NCBI GenBank assembly: GCA_963693365.1
Contig: CAVNZM010000009.1
Coordinates: 5,947,045-6,011,044 of the forward strand
Length of the DNA stretch: 64,000 nt
Direction of reading: 5' to 3'
Source: Amoebidium appalachense
Taxonomy: Eukaryota > Protista > Ichthyosporea
Shown here: positions 59,277 to 64,000 of the stretch, one piece after another
Numbering within the stretch: the stretch's first letter is position 1
Layout of the letters: every line of letters starts with the position of its first letter
Program-made: the position numbers and the translations under genes
Notes under the pieces: model-generated
Databases searched by the model: none
What the model was told of the DNA's origin: nothing
Seen by the model: the letters and a program-made list of their open reading frames with translations, nothing else

Positions 59277-59727
59277 CGGTTTGGTCCGACACCTGTGGGG
59301 TTGGTTCCCACTTGTCGCTTACGGGGTCGTATGCACGACCTTCCGCCAGCGCGAACAGTTCGCAGAAGAGCTCGATTTCCATCTCGCATCGGCGTTTGCG
59401 CTCGAGCAGTTTCTCACCAGAAAACATTGGTTCCTTCGTGTCCGTGTCTATCACGCTCGTAGCATCGTTTTCCAACTTTGCGAGGAACTCTTTTGCCTTG
59501 CTGATGCGTACACGACAACGTGTGGCGCACGCATTCTTAGCAGACACTTTACGTTCTTTGTCTGCTTTCTGAATGTTTTCCGGCGCGCATGGGTCGTAGC
59601 TTGGGAGGTGGGTGAAGAAGCTTCCACACCCCTTTGTCGCGTCACGGATGAACGCACGGTTATAGTCGCCCCGTACTGCTACTTCCAGCACATCGTATCC
59701 AATGAAGGACAGACAAAGGAGGTAGAG
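59269..59727 (-). CDS. LINE ORF1, C-terminal remnant
   Basis: Open frame LYLLCLSFIGYD...SDQTDA* whose stop overlaps the ORF2 ATG region (gATGccTAA); the part of the listed ORF beyond ~59728 is antisense of the outer copy. Confidence 0.7.
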   Translation of the reverse strand, partial: LYLLCLSFIGYDVLEVAVRGDYNRAFIRDATKGCGSFFTHLPSYDPCAPENIQKADKERKVSAKNACATRCRVRISKAKEFLAKLENDATSVIDTDTKEPMFSGEKLLERKRRCEMEIELFCELFALAEGRAYDPVSDKWEPTPQVSDQTDA

Positions 59728-60761
59728 TCGTAAGCGGTTAGCTTTCTTCTCGGCTAATATTTTTAAAGACACACCCCTCCATCCTTCTATTAGACTTACA
59801 TTTATTCGCACTTTTGTCTTCCCGGCATGTGAATATGGTTTACCCCTTCTCGCCGCTTGGATCAAGAAAGAGAGAACTAGAGCGCTTAAACCCTTGGCAA
59901 ATTTCCTTGAAGCAGAAGTTGCCTCCTTTCTATCTAACAACTGTTGTAAACCTGGGCCTGTAACGCTCTCGATATATGGTCTGGTCCCAATAGCTGCTAG
60001 AGTATCCTATCTCGCGCTGAAATTCAATAAGCACATAAGCCGCTTAAAGAAGTATTTGCCCTCCCACCCTCTCTTCTCTATCCGACCTGTCCCCTCCTCA
60101 CCTCTCCCCTCTTTCCTCCCCTCTCTCTCCCCTTCTCCCCTGGGCACAAATACAAATAAACCCCGCAATAGTGTGTGTGTGACTTTGGACTGCCACTTAC
60201 TTTATTAAACGTGTACACAATCACAAGATAATCACGCAATATAACAAATGGAAAAAGATACCACACGACACTAGACCCGATGAAAGCATACACCTTGAAA
60301 AACTAAGCCTTATGTCTCGTTTTATATATACTGACCGCCTCAACCATATTGCCAAATATGGCACTCGCAAATGTATAACACCTAAATACATATTACCTTC
60401 CTGTAGAACTGGTCTTTCTCTAGCTGATGGTATTATTGATCAATTACCACGCTTTTACTGTACACGTGCTATACAGTGGAGATCTAATAAGTATAAGGTG
60501 GCATCATTTGCATGCCCAAACAACACACACACACCAGTTTAACCGGTCATGTATCGCCAAACGTAGTTTAAAAGACCACATAATACCGCAACACACACAC
60601 GTCACATTCACAACAGACACCCAGAAAGATAGCCTACCTGTAAATTACAACATCCTTGATTTTATACTAAACACGCGTAACTACGACCTGTTTATTAGAT
60701 GTATTGATTGGCTTGAGAAACACATCACTACAAAATTATAGCGCACGCGCACACACACACA

Positions 60762-60828
<67 letters not shown>

Positions 60829-60864
60829 CCAGCTGATACCGAGTGTCCCAGGGGAGCCCCTTTG

Positions 60865-60901
<37 letters not shown>

Positions 60902-62215
60902 GGAACCCCAACTAATTGATTTCTCCTTCAAGTTGTAGTCTTTATGGTGTCTCGTAGAGAAAGTAAACCCTGATATATAGTCATCACCCGACATCTATGT
61001 ACGTGATCATGATATACCGCTGAGGGGATATTCCGAGCAAACCCCCCCCCCCCCCCCCCCCCCCCATACCTGAGACTGGTTTCTCTTTGCCTCGAGTAAA
61101 CAGCGTAAACCCCCACATATATAGCCTCATGTGATCACGGAAGGGGAAAATTTACAGGGGTTTCCACCGTCCGCCCCTTCAACCGTTCGCCGACCAAACC
61201 GACACCGGCTGCCCGCCTCCCCAATCGGCATCGAGGTATTTGGCCCACGTGAGTGAGTCAAACATGTGGTCGGGTCATGAAGTTCAGTGTGCGTTGCAAA
61301 AACCTTCGGGAACTCGGTAGGATATTTATTTTGCTATTTTTTTTCTGATAAATCTGCTCAATAACTGATGAAAAAGGTGTTTCACGTTTCGACAACGGGT
61401 TTCTCTTTCCTCTTTTGTGCACATAGCGCAACTCAGCGTGGTCGTAAAAGTGAATCTGATTGGTCTCGAGTTTGTTGACACTTTACAGTGCGAAGGCTGA
61501 TTGCTATTGGATGCTTTCTATTTATGCAAGAATCCTCCTAGACCTTTTTCAATCGTGGCCCACCGACTCCAAGCAGCCTCAAGCCTAATTTGTCCATGAG
61601 TCAGTCCACTTGTATTACTTTTTATAGTCAAATACTCGAGGCGCAGTTAAAAAGCAAAAAAGACATTCATAATCAAATTATAATAAGTTATGAAATAATA
61701 TTTCATTTGGATTTGAATTCTGAGTAGTTGCTTTTTATCAAATAAGTGCAATCATTCATGATCCTGAAACAGGGCATGCATGATCATGGTGCATGAAGGG
61801 CAATACAACGGTACCCCCCTTTTGTTTGTGGTGTTGAAAATTTTTTTTATGTGACCACCGGAAAAGATTCTAAAGAAACCTGGATAAATTAAGTTAGATC
61901 ATTAAAGGAGTGTCAGTGAGAGTTTTAGATTGGGGTTTTATATGCGTATTTGTGGTGGCATTAAGCGCTTTTAAGGGTTTGGCTTGAGCTGTTGCATAAA
62001 TCCGTATGGAATAACGCGCCGAAAGTATGAGTTTAGAGGGATAGTGTTCGTTCATTATTACGTAACCACTCTCATTATGGATTGGTAGTTATATTTAATT
62101 TCTGGCTGTTGCAACCAATTGGAATCCAACCAGTTGTCGACGGGGTTTCCCCGATCGCAGCAATAGTCCCCACAGCTTGCTCTTCTTCTTTTTTTTTTTT
62201 TAAGGGGATCACATT

Positions 62216-64000
62216 GGGGGTTTACACACTTTTTATTGCGTGGACACTGCCGGAGGCCCAGCCACATTCGACGGCCTACTGCGTTTTCCAGCACAGCCAA
62301 TCAAATGCAGCCAGTGACATATGTACATGCTAGGCAACAATGAGCGCCATCGTAGTATCTGACACCCCTATTACATATTATGGGTAAGCAGAGGCTAGCA
62401 TCGGTAGCTCCGAAAGAAAGTTAAGGCACCGGATCACAATATCATACTGTGCAGCATTAATAAGGTGATCTAGGTTAGTCATCTTAAAACGGATATATTG
62501 AGGAAGAGAGGAGGAAAAGAGAATAAAACTGCCATATAACCCCCGGTTCTAATACATTAGCTAACAGGTTGCATTTATTGACAGATATGCAGCCGCGAGT
62601 AAACCGAGCCCCACACATATTACACATACGAGCAGGAGACACCAGAAACCAATTATACCGCCAAGCCATAATCATCTTTGCGTTTTTACACCACACCACA
62701 TTACGAATAAACGAATCTATGTATGAACGAGACTCTCAAACCGTATCCGCCATATAGGCTACTAGTAGTTGGTGTTTTTGCGGTCCTAACACCGGAAGGG
62801 ACTCAACACGTAGAGTAAAAAGATATCTATCAGCCATAGACTTGAAACTATTCATATTCACACTATGATCTAGCCGTACCTCCGGTGGGGTCGCCAGCCA
62901 TTCCACATAACGCTCGGCAATGGGCAGAGACGATGGGGAAGGGAAGAGGTAGAGGGGCGAGTCCGGCGGGGATGCGTGTAGCCGGAAGAGCGGGTGGTCC
63001 GGGGCACAAGCGGACAGGCGGGTGATGTGCTCGTGAAATTTAAGGGCTAATTCGTGTACGCGTTGTGATGGTGGTGTGAGTGCGTAGAGAGAATCAAAAA
63101 GGCGTCTAGGGATAGGTGTGGAAAGACCAGTGAGAAACGTACAACAAGTTGTGTAGTGGAAATCATCTATTAATTTGAGGACATTAGTAACAGTATCAGG
63201 GGGTGCCATAGCTAGTAAGGGCAACCCATATTCAGACAAAGGGCGAATATATGTGCGAAATAGACTAAGACGATTGTATAGGTGGACAGTATGAGAAAGA
63301 GTAGCAAGATACACATCCCGAAATAACTTACGAAGACACCTGCCTGCACTCTCCACCCGACGGTAGATCATCCGTTTGAAACTAGTATGCCCCATTCGTC
63401 CACCGGAATCCCCAAGTACTTGTATTCGATTGGGCGAGGGAGGGGACTGCCGAAAATACAAACGTCGTCCCATGCCGGTATCGATTTTGATAAAAGGGCA
63501 CACTTTTTGACATTAATCTGCATTTCGTTGCGCTGGCACCAATGTTCAACCACACGAATGTATTGCCGTAGTTCGAGAGGATTGGATGACATAAGCACAA
63601 TATCGTCGGCAAAAAAGAGGGCGGGGGGAGCCTGGGATGGCAACCCCCCGTCAATTTGTGCCGCAGAAATAGTGTCGGCTAAATCATCAATATACAGGTT
63701 GAAAAGAAGAGGACTTAGCAGGGACCCTTCAAGTTGAAGTACCCCGCGCGTGCGGGTAAACCCTGGGGATAGCCACCCATTAACCACCGCTCGTCCGCGT
63801 GTAAACGTAAACATAGCTTCCAGTAGCCGACCCATTTGGAATGGGACACCGCGAGTGGCCAACTTGGCCCACAGGCGAGGGAGGTCGACCGTGTCGTGTC
63901 GTACGCGTTCTTAAAATCGATAAATACGAGGTGCTCGGTATCACTTTGATTTGCATTATGTAGAGTGAGGATTTGTGCGTAACATGAGTGTCGATGCCGA
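62216..64000 (-). pseudogene. Second, decayed LINE family (RT fragments and C-terminus), continues past the right edge
   Basis: Frameshifted RT pieces (GSLLSPLLFNLYIDDL, FADD, YKYLG, IRPLSEYGLP, CNMCGARFTRGC), clearly related to but diverged from the first family; putative terminus AATAAAAAGTGTGTAAACCCCC at 62237-62216. Confidence 0.85.

Larger units (their letters stand above)
55727..59727 (-). mobile_element. Inner non-LTR retrotransposon (APE+RT LINE), truncated within ORF1
   Basis: ORF1 remnant, ORF2, 3'UTR with (CA)n, poly(A) and poly(C), and terminus GCGTAAACCC. Confidence 0.93.
54856..61128 (+). mobile_element. Outer LINE copy: 5'-truncated, frameshifted, 14-bp TSD, split into 54870-55726 and ~59728-61114 by a nested insertion
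   Basis: ACATATATAGCCTC at 54856-54869 and 61115-61128; both halves are almost identical to the inner copy and join in RT at ...MVEKR|...RKRLAFF; ends GCGTAAACCCCC at 61114. Confidence 0.92.

Noticed and set aside
58915-59733. 272-aa + strand ORF
   Set aside because: Antisense to LINE ORF1/ORF2 with no recognisable motifs.
54870-61114. DNA transposon or DIRS/Penelope-type element with long terminal inverted repeats
   Set aside because: The inverted segments are the two halves of one LINE copy with a TSD, interrupted by a second copy; the protein is APE+RT with no transposase, tyrosine recombinase or GIY-YIG motifs seen.

Overview
Eukaryotic genomic DNA, intron-rich and saturated with poly(G)/poly(C), (CA/TG)n and (GA/TC)n tracts; almost all short ORFs in the supplied track are artefacts of these repeats. 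A unicellular opisthokont/holozoan source is my inference (UBE3A with an AZUL domain, TTAGGG-like relic). Three spliced genes were reconstructed by hand: a 23-exon UBE3A/E6AP-like HECT ligase (-, 3807-25019), an ~18-exon MUTYH glycosylase (-, 28265-43910) and a divergent gene of unknown function (+, 44773-53695). The right end holds APE+RT non-LTR retrotransposons: a 5'-truncated copy with a 14-bp TSD, a near-identical copy inserted head-to-head inside it, and a second decayed family. Most notable: both LINE families end in GTAAACCCCC rather than poly(A), and a SINE-like family with many intronic copies also ends in (A)AA-poly(C), sits in G/C runs and is always co-oriented with the host gene. 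This suggests a poly(C)-tailed, G-run-targeting retroposon system that may seed the genome's homopolymers. The LINE also has a 23/25 inverted repeat pairing its 3'UTR with a frameshifted segment at the start of ORF2. Exon coordinates are hand-derived (about +/-2 nt) and homopolymer lengths may be unreliable.
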